Assembly: GCA_965217115.1 (NCBI GenBank) | Contig: OZ244239.1 | Span: forward strand, 1,440,001 to 1,504,000 | DNA from: Bdellovibrionales bacterium | GTDB lineage: Bacteria > Bdellovibrionota > Bdellovibrionia > Bdellovibrionales > CAYMLA01 | Direction: 5' to 3' | Length of the DNA stretch: 64,000 nucleotides | Shown here: positions 17,551 through 27,577 of the stretch, one piece after another | Layout: each line of letters opens with the position of its first letter | Numbering within the stretch: the first letter of the stretch is position 1 | Notes under the pieces: model-generated | What the model saw: only the letters and a program-made list of their open reading frames with translations | Databases searched by the model: none | What the model was told of the DNA's origin: nothing | Made by a program: the position numbers and the translations under genes

Positions 17551-18981
17551 TTAACGTCGATTATTAAAGGATCGTGGTTTTCGACGTCTGCCCTGACGGC
17601 GTTGAGATGATTTCTTTCTACTCGCAGGAGCAGAAGAGGACGAGATTTCTTGTACATTAAGCTGCTCTTCAATCTGACGCATTTCTCTCTTAAAGCGATC
17701 AGAGAAGATGATTTTTAAGGCATGTTCTTTAGAGCTGTCTTTAAAGTAGTCTGCAAAATGTGAATAAGTTGAATCAATGGAGAACTCCTCTCCTCGAAGA
17801 CTTAGCGCCTCTTTGGTTGCATTCATTTTCTCAAGAGCAAATAGAATGGTTTTTCTTTTAACTTCATTTGAATTTGGAAGTTTATAAGGTTCAATTTTTT
17901 TACCAGTGAGCCTTTCTATATTTCGTAATTTGTGGAGATCAGGTCCTGAGACAAAGCTGATAGCTGTGCCTGTTTTTCCTGCGCGACCAGTTCTTCCAAT
18001 TCGATGGATATAGGCCTCCCTTTGTCGTGGTAGCCCAAAATTAAAAACGTGAGTTATGTGTGAGACATCGATGCCCCTTGATGCGACATCTGTACAAACT
18101 AAGAAATGAATTTTTTTGTTTTTGAATTGCCCTAAGGCATGGTCTCTTTGGCTTTGGTTTAAATCACCGTTAAGAACTAATGTGGATAGTCCAAAGCTGA
18201 CCATGTCATCGGTCACTTTTTTTGTTTCAACACGAGTTTCGCAAAATATTATTCCAAAGCAGTCTTTCTCATGGGCGCAAATAAGCCTTAATGCCTTTGA
18301 GAAGTCCTTTTTGTTTATAGGGCAAAAATACTGAGAGATGTTTTCACTACTCATCGCCTTCTTTTCGATAGTGATGATTTTTGGATCGGAAAAATTTCTT
18401 TTAATGAGTTCATTTATTGGACGGGGTATTGTTGCAGAGAACATCCATGATTTTCTGTCTTTAGAGAGACGGTTGATGATTATTTGAACATCTTCAAGAA
18501 AACCCATATTGAGCATTTCATCGGCTTCATCAATAACAAGCTGAGTGCAATTATTTAACTTTAAAGCCCCTCTTTTTATAAGGTCAATTGTTCGCCCAGG
18601 GGTTCCAATAACAACCTGACAGCCTTTTTTTAGAGATCTAAGTTGATCGCTATAAGAGACCCCCCCATAAACTGTTAGACTCTCCACTGGAAGGTGTTTT
18701 GATACTTTTTTGAATTCATTATGAATTTGGTTCGCCAATTCTCTTGTGGGGCTTAAGACAAGGGCTTGTATGGTGCCGCTGTCAGAATCCAATCTCTCTA
18801 AGAGAGGAATGAGAAAGGCAGCTGTTTTTCCTGTCCCTGTCTGAGCTTGTCCAACAAAGTCTCCTTCGTGTTTTAATAGAAGGGGGATTGCCTTCTCCTG
18901 TATATCTGTTGGCTTTGTATAGCTCAGCTCAGCAATAGCCTTCATAATTAAAGGCGAGAGCCCCATTTCATCAAAAGTCAT
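17551..18981 (-). CDS. DEAD-box RNA helicase
   Basis: Q motif, AQTGTGKT, PTRELA, DEAD, SAT, HRIGRTGR. Confidence 0.96.
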   Translation of the reverse strand: MTFDEMGLSPLIMKAIAELSYTKPTDIQEKAIPLLLKHEGDFVGQAQTGTGKTAAFLIPLLERLDSDSGTIQALVLSPTRELANQIHNEFKKVSKHLPVESLTVYGGVSYSDQLRSLKKGCQVVIGTPGRTIDLIKRGALKLNNCTQLVIDEADEMLNMGFLEDVQIIINRLSKDRKSWMFSATIPRPINELIKRNFSDPKIITIEKKAMSSENISQYFCPINKKDFSKALRLICAHEKDCFGIIFCETRVETKKVTDDMVSFGLSTLVLNGDLNQSQRDHALGQFKNKKIHFLVCTDVASRGIDVSHITHVFNFGLPRQREAYIHRIGRTGRAGKTGTAISFVSGPDLHKLRNIERLTGKKIEPYKLPNSNEVKRKTILFALEKMNATKEALSLRGEEFSIDSTYSHFADYFKDSSKEHALKIIFSDRFKREMRQIEEQLNVQEISSSSAPASRKKSSQRRQGRRRKPRSFNNRR

Positions 18982-19513
18982 TATTTCTCCACGATACTTT
19001 TAAGAACTTAAAGATAGTTTCTAAAATCAAGAAAAGACTCTAGCTGGAGTATATGGGTTTTGTTCAAATATCAAGGAGTTTGATCTTAGTTGTAAAGCTT
19101 ACTCTGGAGGTGCCTCTTTATAGCATAGAGTAAAAGTCTGTTTGAGAAGACGCCGATCTTCTATGTTTCTTTTAGAGCAAAGGGTTAATAAAGGGCTTCT
19201 AATAGGTCGTAAAAGAACTCCTTATATAAGGTGACCAAAATAATCACTTTTTGCTCAAGTCAGTGATAAATATTACATTCCTACTTGAGTCCTTTACTTT
19301 AGGTTGATTGGCTCGGTGGATTAAATTTACTCTGTCTTTAAGAGGGTGGGTTGATGAAAAAACCTTAGGGGAGAGAGTGTAGAGACAAGCCGGGGGGGGG
19401 ATTAAGTGGGGGGGCCATGATGTTCTCTCTGCTCTGCATGAATGTAAAAAAGAATTCTGGCCCCTACTTTCCCAAAGAAAGCTGTCTAAGCTAAAGGAAA
19501 CACTTAAAGGCTG

Positions 19514-19639
19514 CTACAGTGAACTTGTCTCTACTAGAATAAGGTAAGATGAGATGAGTCGTCCCAACCCCCCGAGCATTATTGAACTTGAAAGGCCGAT
19601 TAAGACACCTCCAATTAATGGCATTAAGAAGTTATCCAT
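19514..19639 (-). pseudogene. N-terminal fragment of YeeE/YedE sulfur-compound transporter
   Basis: MDNFLMPLIGGVLIGLSSSIMLGGLGR then unrelated sequence; directly downstream of the persulfide dioxygenase. Confidence 0.7.
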
Positions 19640-19652
19640 ATGCTATGAACCC

Positions 19653-20516
19653 CTATTTTTCTGTAAGTGGTATTTTTAAGTATCGAGAGCCATTGTTTTC
19701 AGCTTTTGGCAGATTTCCAGCATCAATATTCACCTGAAGGCTGGGCAGTAAGAGCCTAGGGGTCGCGAGAGTTTTATCTCTTTTTGTTCTAGAATCAATA
19801 AACTCTTTTTCTGTGGTGTCTTTTCTCAACTGAATGTTATTTAGTTTATTATCACCGATGGTAGATTCGCATTTAAAATCTCTTCCACCGGGCTGGTAGT
19901 CATGGCCAGTGAAGACACGTGTTTTATCTGGCAGGGAATAAAGTTTCTCTTGAATAGAATAAAAAAGATCTTTGGCGTTTCCAGAAGGAAAGTCACATCT
20001 TCCCGTGCCGTAGTCAGGCATAAACAAAGCATCCCCCACAAAGGCCATGTCATCAATGAGATAAGAGACACATGCTGGTGTGTGACCAGGAGTAAGGATA
20101 GTTTTGAGTTTTATTGAGCCAGCTTCTAAAATATCATTTTCATCTAATAGAACGTCGAATTGAACACCGTTGGTGTTAAAGTCCTTTAGGTTATAGAGAT
20201 CACTAAATATCTTTTGTACCTTTGTGATGTTTTTGCCAATGGCTATTTTAGTATTTGGGAGCTGTTTTTTTATTTCAGCAGCTCCTGTGAAATGGTCGGC
20301 ATGGGGATGGGTTTCAAGAAGATAATGAACATTGAGATTTTCTTCTTTTATAAAGTTAAGTATTTTATCTACTGAATCTGAAGAAACACTTGCTGAGGAA
20401 GAGTCGTAGTCGAGAACGGGGTCAATAATAATGGCATCTTTGGTTGTCTCATCGTAGACGATGTATGTTACGGTGAATGTGATTTTATCAAATAGCGATT
20501 TTACTTTACGGCCCAT
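19653..20516 (-). CDS. MBL-fold persulfide dioxygenase (ETHE1/Blh-like)
   Basis: ETHPHADH, TPGHT, GDALFMPDYGTGRCDFP, GHDY, PRLLLPSLQVNI. Confidence 0.9.
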   Translation of the reverse strand: MGRKVKSLFDKITFTVTYIVYDETTKDAIIIDPVLDYDSSSASVSSDSVDKILNFIKEENLNVHYLLETHPHADHFTGAAEIKKQLPNTKIAIGKNITKVQKIFSDLYNLKDFNTNGVQFDVLLDENDILEAGSIKLKTILTPGHTPACVSYLIDDMAFVGDALFMPDYGTGRCDFPSGNAKDLFYSIQEKLYSLPDKTRVFTGHDYQPGGRDFKCESTIGDNKLNNIQLRKDTTEKEFIDSRTKRDKTLATPRLLLPSLQVNIDAGNLPKAENNGSRYLKIPLTEK

Positions 20517-20586
20517 AATATAGTCTCTCCACAAAATTTTTTTGATTATTTTTAAGGAAATAGAGTCCTTTTAAATGAAAAATACT

Positions 20587-20600
20587 CTGATGACGGTCAA
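20587..20600. promoter_or_regulatory. Fnr/Crp-like box
   Basis: CTGAT-N4-GTCAA between the divergent dioxygenase and Crp/Fnr genes. Confidence 0.45.
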
Positions 20601-20666
20601 ACTTAGTATATCTATATAGAAATGTTTATAATACAAGGTTTTAAGGTGTTTTAAATACTTTACGAT

Positions 20667-21027
20667 TTGATCCGTCCCTATATTTTATCTTCTATAGAAA
20701 GAACCCTTAAGAGGAGTGAAAATCTCTATAATGCAGGAGATGGGCCTCAGGGGCTTTATTTCATTGAAAAAGGTCTTGTCGGGTTATTTCATGTATCTGA
20801 AAAAGGAAAGGAAACTCTTTTGAGGATTTTTAGTGGAGGTAATATACTTGGTTATCCTTCTTATTTTGCAGAAGAACTTTACCATGGGACATCAGTGGCT
20901 CTTTTTCAGACGAAAAGCGCAATTATTTCAAAAGAACAGTGCCAAGATATCTGTGATGGCAGTCCTCAGCTTTTAAAGAAAATCACTCAATTGATAGCGA
21001 GGGATCTTAAGGCGGTAGAATTGAGGC
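20667..21027 (+). pseudogene. Crp/Fnr-family regulator lacking the HTH domain
   Basis: cNMP-type domain (GLYFIEKGLVGL..GKETLLRI) ends at ..ELRL with no HTH. Confidence 0.75.
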
Positions 21028-21282
21028 TTTGTTGGCTACTTAGAAATAGTTCAGATCCCGTGGATGTTTTTATTTAAATTTACTTTATTTTCAGGAATGG
21101 GGGGTTTTGTTGGAACATATTTGGTAAAATTTGTTTCACAAAAAAACCTTAAAAAAGTTTTCGCTATTTTTCTGATATTTATGGGAGTATTTATTCTCTA
21201 TAAAAACAAAGAAACTCTGACTGGAGGATACGTCAAAAAGAGTGTCCAGTCAGAGATGGTGTTGACTTCAAAAGAGGCTTGA
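21025..21282 (+). pseudogene. C-terminal fragment of TauE/SafE sulfite exporter
   Basis: GFVGYL..W..FTLFSGMGGFVGTYL..LKKVFAIFLIFMGVFIL. Confidence 0.65.
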
Positions 21283-21290
21283 GTCGGGAG

Positions 21291-22454
21291 CTATAGCTTT
21301 ATAGAGGGATTGATCTTCTTTCCAGACGGTCCCTCTTTTCCGTAGGGGCCGTAATCTCCCCGTGGCCCTTCAGATAAAACGGCTCTATTGAGACATCTAT
21401 TATAAGTATGTACTGACAAGGCGAAATCATCCCTTGTTACTTTTCCAGGAAGCCCTCCCTCCTGTCCTTCGCCTCCATGGCCTCCGAGGCCCCCTTCTCC
21501 TGGATAAAAATAAATATTAGGAATGAAATTCTGATGATCTCCGACCTCCATGTGGAGAGTTCCAGTATCACCGCCAGCTTTTCCGGGGAGTCCTCGAAAA
21601 CCATTTTCTCCTTTATGCCCATCTTGGGGTTTTGCAGATAAAAGGCATCGGCTTTTTTGGGTATAAAAGGCTGAGCGACCTTTTCTTCCTCGACCAGGTT
21701 TTTTCTTTGGTTTTAGGCCATTGCCACCATTTTCTCCTCGCATATAAATATCTATGGTCCCAGAGGCCTCTTTTGCAAAGATTTGTAAGAACCCTCCACT
21801 TTTTCCAAGATGATTTTCTTTGGCTCTTTGATCTTGAGAAAATGTTTCAATAGAAGCGTGGTCGTCAATAAGGAGTTCATTAACATTTATTCTTAAATTA
21901 TGGTTGAGTATTCTAATGAGAGAGTCTTTTTCAATAAAAACTCTATTGTAGCCACCATAGTTTTTTTTAGAAATAATAGTGAGGTTTTTCTTTAAAATTA
22001 TTTTTTTAGAAAAAACATAATCTTTAGGAATAGGGGCTGAGATTTCTGAAATAAAAAACCTCCCATCTGGAAAGAGCTTTTTTATATGATATGTAGCGAC
22101 GTGATTTTTAGGTGGAGGAAAAAACTCAATCTCTCCTTGGCGTTCGCTATAATATAAATCTTGAGGAATAATATTATCGTTATCATCTTGAGACTGAATG
22201 TTGATTTTTGTACCAGGAGGTAAGTTCCATTTAATGAGATGTCTGTATTGATTAGGTTTATTGCTAGAAATAATTTGAATATTAATGCCTTTTTGTTTTT
22301 TTAAAGAAACGCCCTCTTGCAAATCATTATTCTCATAAATAATATCTACTTTATCCTGGCAGCCAAAGAGACTTGACAAGAGAACGAATGAAAACACGGG
22401 AAACATGTTTTTTATTAAAGAGAGACTTGGGAAGAGAGGTGATATTTTTTTCAT
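21291..22454 (-). CDS. Lipoprotein with Gly-rich collagen-like C-terminal region
   Basis: Lipobox LFGC; G-x-x repeats. Confidence 0.7.
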   Translation of the reverse strand: MKKISPLFPSLSLIKNMFPVFSFVLLSSLFGCQDKVDIIYENNDLQEGVSLKKQKGINIQIISSNKPNQYRHLIKWNLPPGTKINIQSQDDNDNIIPQDLYYSERQGEIEFFPPPKNHVATYHIKKLFPDGRFFISEISAPIPKDYVFSKKIILKKNLTIISKKNYGGYNRVFIEKDSLIRILNHNLRINVNELLIDDHASIETFSQDQRAKENHLGKSGGFLQIFAKEASGTIDIYMRGENGGNGLKPKKKPGRGRKGRSAFYTQKSRCLLSAKPQDGHKGENGFRGLPGKAGGDTGTLHMEVGDHQNFIPNIYFYPGEGGLGGHGGEGQEGGLPGKVTRDDFALSVHTYNRCLNRAVLSEGPRGDYGPYGKEGPSGKKINPSIKL

Positions 22455-22536
22455 AAAAAGCTCCTTTATAAGAGTGTTTAATATCAGTTAAAAATATTAT
22501 CTTGTTGTATTAGCAAAATAAGGTTTGTGGATGTTT

Positions 22537-22800
22537 TTAGGGCTTTTTCAGGTTTTTCCATGCCTTGTTCTTGATAACAGAGAGCTTAATTATTTCCATG
22601 GAATCCTTTACTGAGAGGAGTTCTTTTTTAGAAAGGGTTTTTATTTTTTTCCAATCACGTTGGTTAAAGCGGCCTGTCGTTATGATTATTTCAAGTAATT
22701 TTTTTGATCTTTGATGCAATTCCTTCTTTGGAAACCCCCGAGAAGGCGAGGTGAGAAACAATAAGATTGAAACTGTTACAATGGTTTTAAAGATGGGCAT
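22537..22800 (-). CDS. Small hypothetical secreted protein
   Basis: Signal-peptide-like N-terminus. Confidence 0.5.
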   Translation of the reverse strand: MPIFKTIVTVSILLFLTSPSRGFPKKELHQRSKKLLEIIITTGRFNQRDWKKIKTLSKKELLSVKDSMEIIKLSVIKNKAWKNLKKP

Positions 22801-22989
22801 GAAAGAATTTATTGCAAAATGAGGACACCCCAGAGATTTTTTTTGTGGAGATTACGGGGTTTTTCCGGACAAAAGTCCAGGAGAGCAAAGGGAATGGCGA
22901 GGGGCGTTAAGCAGTTTTATTATCTGTGGTCGAAATTATAGAAGTTATTTACTGTATTTCGGTAATTTAGAATATAAATATGGAGTTAT

Positions 22990-24648
22990 ATGGATTTCTA
23001 TCAAGAGCCTCCAGCTATAGGCAGCAATCAATTTTTGAATAATAACCTTTTGATATCTTATCTCAAATGGAAAATACCCAATAAATATCAAAAAGAAATT
23101 TTTGATGATTTATCACTCTTTGGAGAAAAGGTATCTGGTCCTTTGTTGGAGTGGTCCAAGCAAGCTGAAAAGAACCCTCCTGAGCTAGTTCAGTTTGATT
23201 CGTGGGGAAAAAGAATTGACCATATTGAAGTCTCCGAGGGTTGGAAAAACTTAGAGAAATTTTCTGCAGAAGAGGGTTTGATCGCTATTGGTTATGAGCG
23301 CAAGCAGAAAGAATTTTCTCGTTTATATCAAATGGCAAAGCTATTTTTATTTCATCCCTCTTCGGCATTCTTTTCATGCCCACTGGCAATGACGGATGGA
23401 GCAACTCGTTTAATAGAGCTTTATCAGCCAAGGGCAGCTCAACATGCATTTACCCATCTCACAAGTCGTGATCCTCAGAAATTTTGGACATCGGGACAAT
23501 GGATGACAGAGAGGACAGGAGGGTCTGATGTCGGAGGAACGTCTACGATTGCAAAACAGAAAAAAGACCATTGTTTACTTTATGGAGATAAATTTTTCAC
23601 CTCAGCGACAACATCGCAAATGGCAATGATGTTGGCACGAGTAGAAGGTGACTCTGAGGGGAGTCGAGGGCTGAGTTTGTTTTTTGCAGAACTTAAAGAC
23701 AAAAATGGAGAGTATAATAATCTACAGGTTAATCGATTGAAAGATAAATTAGGAACAAAAGCTTTACCCACAGCCGAATTAACCTTGAGTGGAATGAAGG
23801 CCCATCTGCTTGGAGAGCAGGGAAAAGGGGTTAAGAGTATCGCTCCATTATTGAATATCACGCGTCTCTACAACACTATTTGTGCATTATCTGCTTCACA
23901 GAGAATATTAACCCTAATCACTGATTATGCTCGAAAGCGAAACTCATTAGGTCGTCCTTTGCAAGAGCATCCACTTCATGTTGAAACATTAGCTAATTTA
24001 GAATGTGAACTCTGGCTTGGGTTTTTCCTATCCTTTGAATTAGCCTTTTTATTGGGTAAGGAGGAAAGTGATATCGCTTCACAAGAGGACAAAGCGATAT
24101 TGAGACTACTAGTTCCCATTGCCAAGTTATTTACAGCTAAAGAATCAGTTAAGCATGTGAGTGAAGGGTTAGAGTCCATAGGAGGAGCGGGTTATATTGA
24201 AGACACTGATTTTCCCCGTCATTTGAGAGATGCCCAGGTATTTTCTATCTGGGAGGGAACGACAAATATTTTGAGTCTTGATGTGTTAAGAGTCCTAGCA
24301 AAAGAAGGCACTTGGGCTCTTATTGCTCAGAGTTTAGAGAGTCGAGTAGATAAAATTGATCAACAAGAAATTCAACAAAAAGCCAGGAGAGACATCAAAA
24401 ATTTGAATCAAATCATACTTCAAATGGCTGAAGAAGGGAGTGATTTTTCTCAAGCAGGAGCGCGTTCACTATCATTTTCTATAGGGAAAGTCTGTGCCTA
24501 TGTCTTTATGGCAGAGGCGTTGGGCCATTGGCAGGACGGGAAAAAGCTGGAAATTATTCTAAAAAGATGGACGCAAAGAGAGCTTATTAGTTTTAGACAG
24601 ACGAGTGAAGATTGGAGAAAAGAATCAAGCGAGTTAGTTTTTGGCTAA
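22990..24648 (+). CDS. Acyl-CoA dehydrogenase (AidB-like)
   Basis: CPLAMTDGA, QWMTERTGGSDV, RLKDKLG, IWEGTTNI. Confidence 0.92.
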   Translation: MDFYQEPPAIGSNQFLNNNLLISYLKWKIPNKYQKEIFDDLSLFGEKVSGPLLEWSKQAEKNPPELVQFDSWGKRIDHIEVSEGWKNLEKFSAEEGLIAIGYERKQKEFSRLYQMAKLFLFHPSSAFFSCPLAMTDGATRLIELYQPRAAQHAFTHLTSRDPQKFWTSGQWMTERTGGSDVGGTSTIAKQKKDHCLLYGDKFFTSATTSQMAMMLARVEGDSEGSRGLSLFFAELKDKNGEYNNLQVNRLKDKLGTKALPTAELTLSGMKAHLLGEQGKGVKSIAPLLNITRLYNTICALSASQRILTLITDYARKRNSLGRPLQEHPLHVETLANLECELWLGFFLSFELAFLLGKEESDIASQEDKAILRLLVPIAKLFTAKESVKHVSEGLESIGGAGYIEDTDFPRHLRDAQVFSIWEGTTNILSLDVLRVLAKEGTWALIAQSLESRVDKIDQQEIQQKARRDIKNLNQIILQMAEEGSDFSQAGARSLSFSIGKVCAYVFMAEALGHWQDGKKLEIILKRWTQRELISFRQTSEDWRKESSELVFG

Positions 24649-24715
24649 CTTAGAAGTCTTTTTCAAAATAATTCATAAGACAGGTTACTAGATTTAAAAT
24701 GAAGAGATGATCTGT

Positions 24716-25462
24716 TTAGATGAGAATAAATAAAATAAATACAATGCTGATGATCGCTATGATAGCAAGGCCTATGTAAAGGTTATTTTTATTTTGGAAC
24801 TCTTCAGGGGTATTTTTGTCAGAGTGGTCCCCGTCAAATTTCTGCTGATTGACGTCCTCTTCTAGGGTTGTCTTTCTTTGAGGAGTTTTCAGTATTTTAT
24901 TCTTCTTGTTTGCTTCTGGAAATTGTTCTTTATTTTGTAGCAGACGTGGAGGAAGAGTCTCTTCTGATTTTGTTTTAGATTGAGGGGTCGTGCAGTTGTT
25001 CTGGTTTTCCATAGAGGCTTTATTGATATCATTTTGTATTCGCTTTCCAAATCGTCCAATATACTGGTTATAGGTTTGTTCTAAGGCCTGTTTAGAGCTA
25101 GATGAAAGAGGTTTCTTAGAATTAAGGAGATCTAGAGCCAAATTGAATTGTTCAATAAAGATTTGAGAGGCATGGGGGAGAAGCCATTCCTTGAATGCCA
25201 GCCAATAGTCTTGTGGGAGAATTTCTCCGAGTGGGTCGAACCCCTTCTTTTCATAGGAAAGAAGGCTGACAGAGGCGTCGTTTACAGGAGATAGGTAGAT
25301 TTTAACAAATTCAACAGGGAAGAGCCCTGTATCTTCTGGGGTTTCACTTTTGAGTTCGTTGATCTTTTTGTCTATGAGAACAAGGCTTTCTTGGTAAAGA
25401 GAGCTAAATTTTTCTTTTAGTCGCTCTTCGTCTCCATGGTTTTTTGTTAATCTGTCTGTCAC
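24716..25462 (-). CDS. Hypothetical protein with C-terminal TM anchor
   Basis: ORF; hydrophobic C-terminus. Confidence 0.65.
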   Translation of the reverse strand: MTDRLTKNHGDEERLKEKFSSLYQESLVLIDKKINELKSETPEDTGLFPVEFVKIYLSPVNDASVSLLSYEKKGFDPLGEILPQDYWLAFKEWLLPHASQIFIEQFNLALDLLNSKKPLSSSSKQALEQTYNQYIGRFGKRIQNDINKASMENQNNCTTPQSKTKSEETLPPRLLQNKEQFPEANKKNKILKTPQRKTTLEEDVNQQKFDGDHSDKNTPEEFQNKNNLYIGLAIIAIISIVFILFILI

Positions 25463-25701
25463 TAATGTTTTGCTCCTAAATTTGTAAAAGTCCTCTGTTT
25501 CTAAATTTTAAGAAAATCGTGATGATTGGTCAACAATGTTGAGTTTATTATTTATAATGGTATTATAATCATTAAAATGAATTAAAGCATTAGTAATTAA
25601 TGCTCTCTAGAGGTATTTCTGGTGTTTTTTATGATATTTAGTTCAAAAAATAAATTTGAGCAAGAAAAAGGATGCAAATTTTAAGGGAGGAAGCTTTTAT
25701 T

Positions 25702-26061
25702 ATGAGGAATTTAAGAATTCTATTAATGATACTTTGTCTGCAGGGTTGTTCTTTGTCATTTGGAGCCATTTTAGGCAATGGGGCAAAGACGACGATTCGC
25801 CCAAGTGTGTGGGATGGCCGACAAATGACTGTTGTTAATTGCAAGATAAAAGGTGGTAAGAAAAAGTCAAAAATAAAGATTATTCTTGAGGGGTGGAGCC
25901 CCAGAAAATGTTATAGCTGGTCAATGCCAGAATTAAGTATAAGAATAAAACCTTCGAGTTCTTTGAGTATAAAAATACATGGTTGTCGTAAAGACTTAAA
26001 AACAAAACCAACAGTGACTATAAAGAATAGAGGAAGTGCTCTGGAGTTCTCTTGTCAATAA
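25702..26061 (+). CDS. Hypothetical lipoprotein
   Basis: GGAGG upstream; lipobox LQGC. Confidence 0.6.
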   Translation: MRNLRILLMILCLQGCSLSFGAILGNGAKTTIRPSVWDGRQMTVVNCKIKGGKKKSKIKIILEGWSPRKCYSWSMPELSIRIKPSSSLSIKIHGCRKDLKTKPTVTIKNRGSALEFSCQ

Positions 26062-26082
26062 TTTATTCAGTAGAAAGAGTCT

Positions 26083-26673
26083 ATGACCGAGCCCTCTAAC
26101 ATTAAAATTACAAAGCAAGAAATCATGGAGTTACCGCTGTCATTCTTTGAGGGAGAGATCCATGTGATTTCGTCAGAAAAGGGAACAGAGCAGGCGATGG
26201 GAGTATTAAAAAAAGAAAAAATCATAGGCTTTGATACTGAAACCAAGCCTGTGTTTAAGAAAGGGGTTACGCACTCAGTGGCGTTACTACAGCTATCAAC
26301 GAAAACACAGGCATTTTTATTTCAATTAAAGCAGACAGGCTTGCCACAGTGTTTAATAGAGCTTCTGTCATCAAAATCGACTAAGAAAGTAGGCGTAGCT
26401 ATTCATGATGATATTAAATTCTTGCAAAAACTTAAGTATTTTGAGCCAGGCGGGTTTATTGAATTAGCTGATATGGCTAAGGAGAGGAAAATTGTAAACC
26501 TTGGACTGCGTAGTTTATTTGCGTTGTCTTTAGGGGGGCGTCTTAGTAAGGGAGCACAGCTTTCAAATTGGGAAAACAAGGAGTTAACGAGGGCTCAGCA
26601 AATTTATGCGGCAACCGATGCGTGGGCCGGCCTTTTGATATACTTGAATATGGAAGAGAATAAAGATATATAA
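26083..26673 (+). CDS. 3'-5' exonuclease (DEDDy, WRN-like)
   Basis: IGFDTE, LLQL, SNWE..QxxYAATDAW. Confidence 0.92.
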   Translation: MTEPSNIKITKQEIMELPLSFFEGEIHVISSEKGTEQAMGVLKKEKIIGFDTETKPVFKKGVTHSVALLQLSTKTQAFLFQLKQTGLPQCLIELLSSKSTKKVGVAIHDDIKFLQKLKYFEPGGFIELADMAKERKIVNLGLRSLFALSLGGRLSKGAQLSNWENKELTRAQQIYAATDAWAGLLIYLNMEENKDI

Positions 26674-26749
26674 TTTACTAAACTGTGTAGCCATTTTTCC
26701 TAGAGTTTAGATCAAATGGGAGTACACCCTCTGTTTGGAGAAAAGAAGT

Positions 26750-27523
26750 ATGAGAGCCTTATTCGATTTGCTTGGCTGCTGGATGTCCTACGTAAGAGCA
26801 GTGATTTTGACTCCTGTTTTTATAGTTCATACGATTCTTTTTTCAATTTATGTGATGACCTGTGCATTTATTTTTCGAAATACTTATTTTAACAATTGGA
26901 ATATTAAATATATTTGGTCTTGGCCGATGATTTTTCTGTCGGGAATAAAATTAGATATTCGTCATCATCCTAAAAAACCAAATGGTGGATGTTTATTTTT
27001 ATTTAATCATTCTAGCTATATGGACATACCAGTTTTGTTTTATAGCACTCCGCTGCCATTTTCATTTGGTGGAAAAATTGAATTATTTTCGATACCCATA
27101 TTTGGACATGCAATGAAGTTTATGGGTGCTTTGCCAATTGCACGCAAGGATCGTGAGCAAGTGATGAAAACTTATCAAGAAGCGGAAAAACGTGTAGCTA
27201 ATGGGGAATGTTTTGCTTTGGCTCCAGAGGGCGGAAGAGCTAAAGAAAGGTTTTTAAATGAATTTAAATCAGGGCCATTTATTTTTGCTCAGAATGCGAA
27301 AATGCCGATAGTTCCTGTTTTGACGGCAGGTCTTTTGAATGTAATGCATCCAAAGTCGATTTTTATTGGAGTGGGGCGCTGGAGGCATAAGGTGATCGTG
27401 CAAACTCTTGAGGAGATACCTCCAGAGATGAGGTCCCTTCAAGATATAAAAGTTTTTAGAGAAGAATTGAGACAGAAAATGAGCCAAATTTATTCAGAAA
27501 TGAATCAAGAAATTTTGGAATAG
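26750..27523 (+). CDS. plsC: 1-acyl-glycerol-3-phosphate acyltransferase
   Basis: NHSSYMD, PEGGR, FKSGPF, IVPV. Confidence 0.85.
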   Translation: MRALFDLLGCWMSYVRAVILTPVFIVHTILFSIYVMTCAFIFRNTYFNNWNIKYIWSWPMIFLSGIKLDIRHHPKKPNGGCLFLFNHSSYMDIPVLFYSTPLPFSFGGKIELFSIPIFGHAMKFMGALPIARKDREQVMKTYQEAEKRVANGECFALAPEGGRAKERFLNEFKSGPFIFAQNAKMPIVPVLTAGLLNVMHPKSIFIGVGRWRHKVIVQTLEEIPPEMRSLQDIKVFREELRQKMSQIYSEMNQEILE

Positions 27524-27577
27524 ACGGGTAATGAATCTTTGTTTTAGTATTTGAGGGGTGAAGGAGAAAGAGTTGTG

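Noticed and set aside
19362..19545. Retron msr-msd interpretation of the inverted repeats
   Set aside because: No reverse transcriptase in the window
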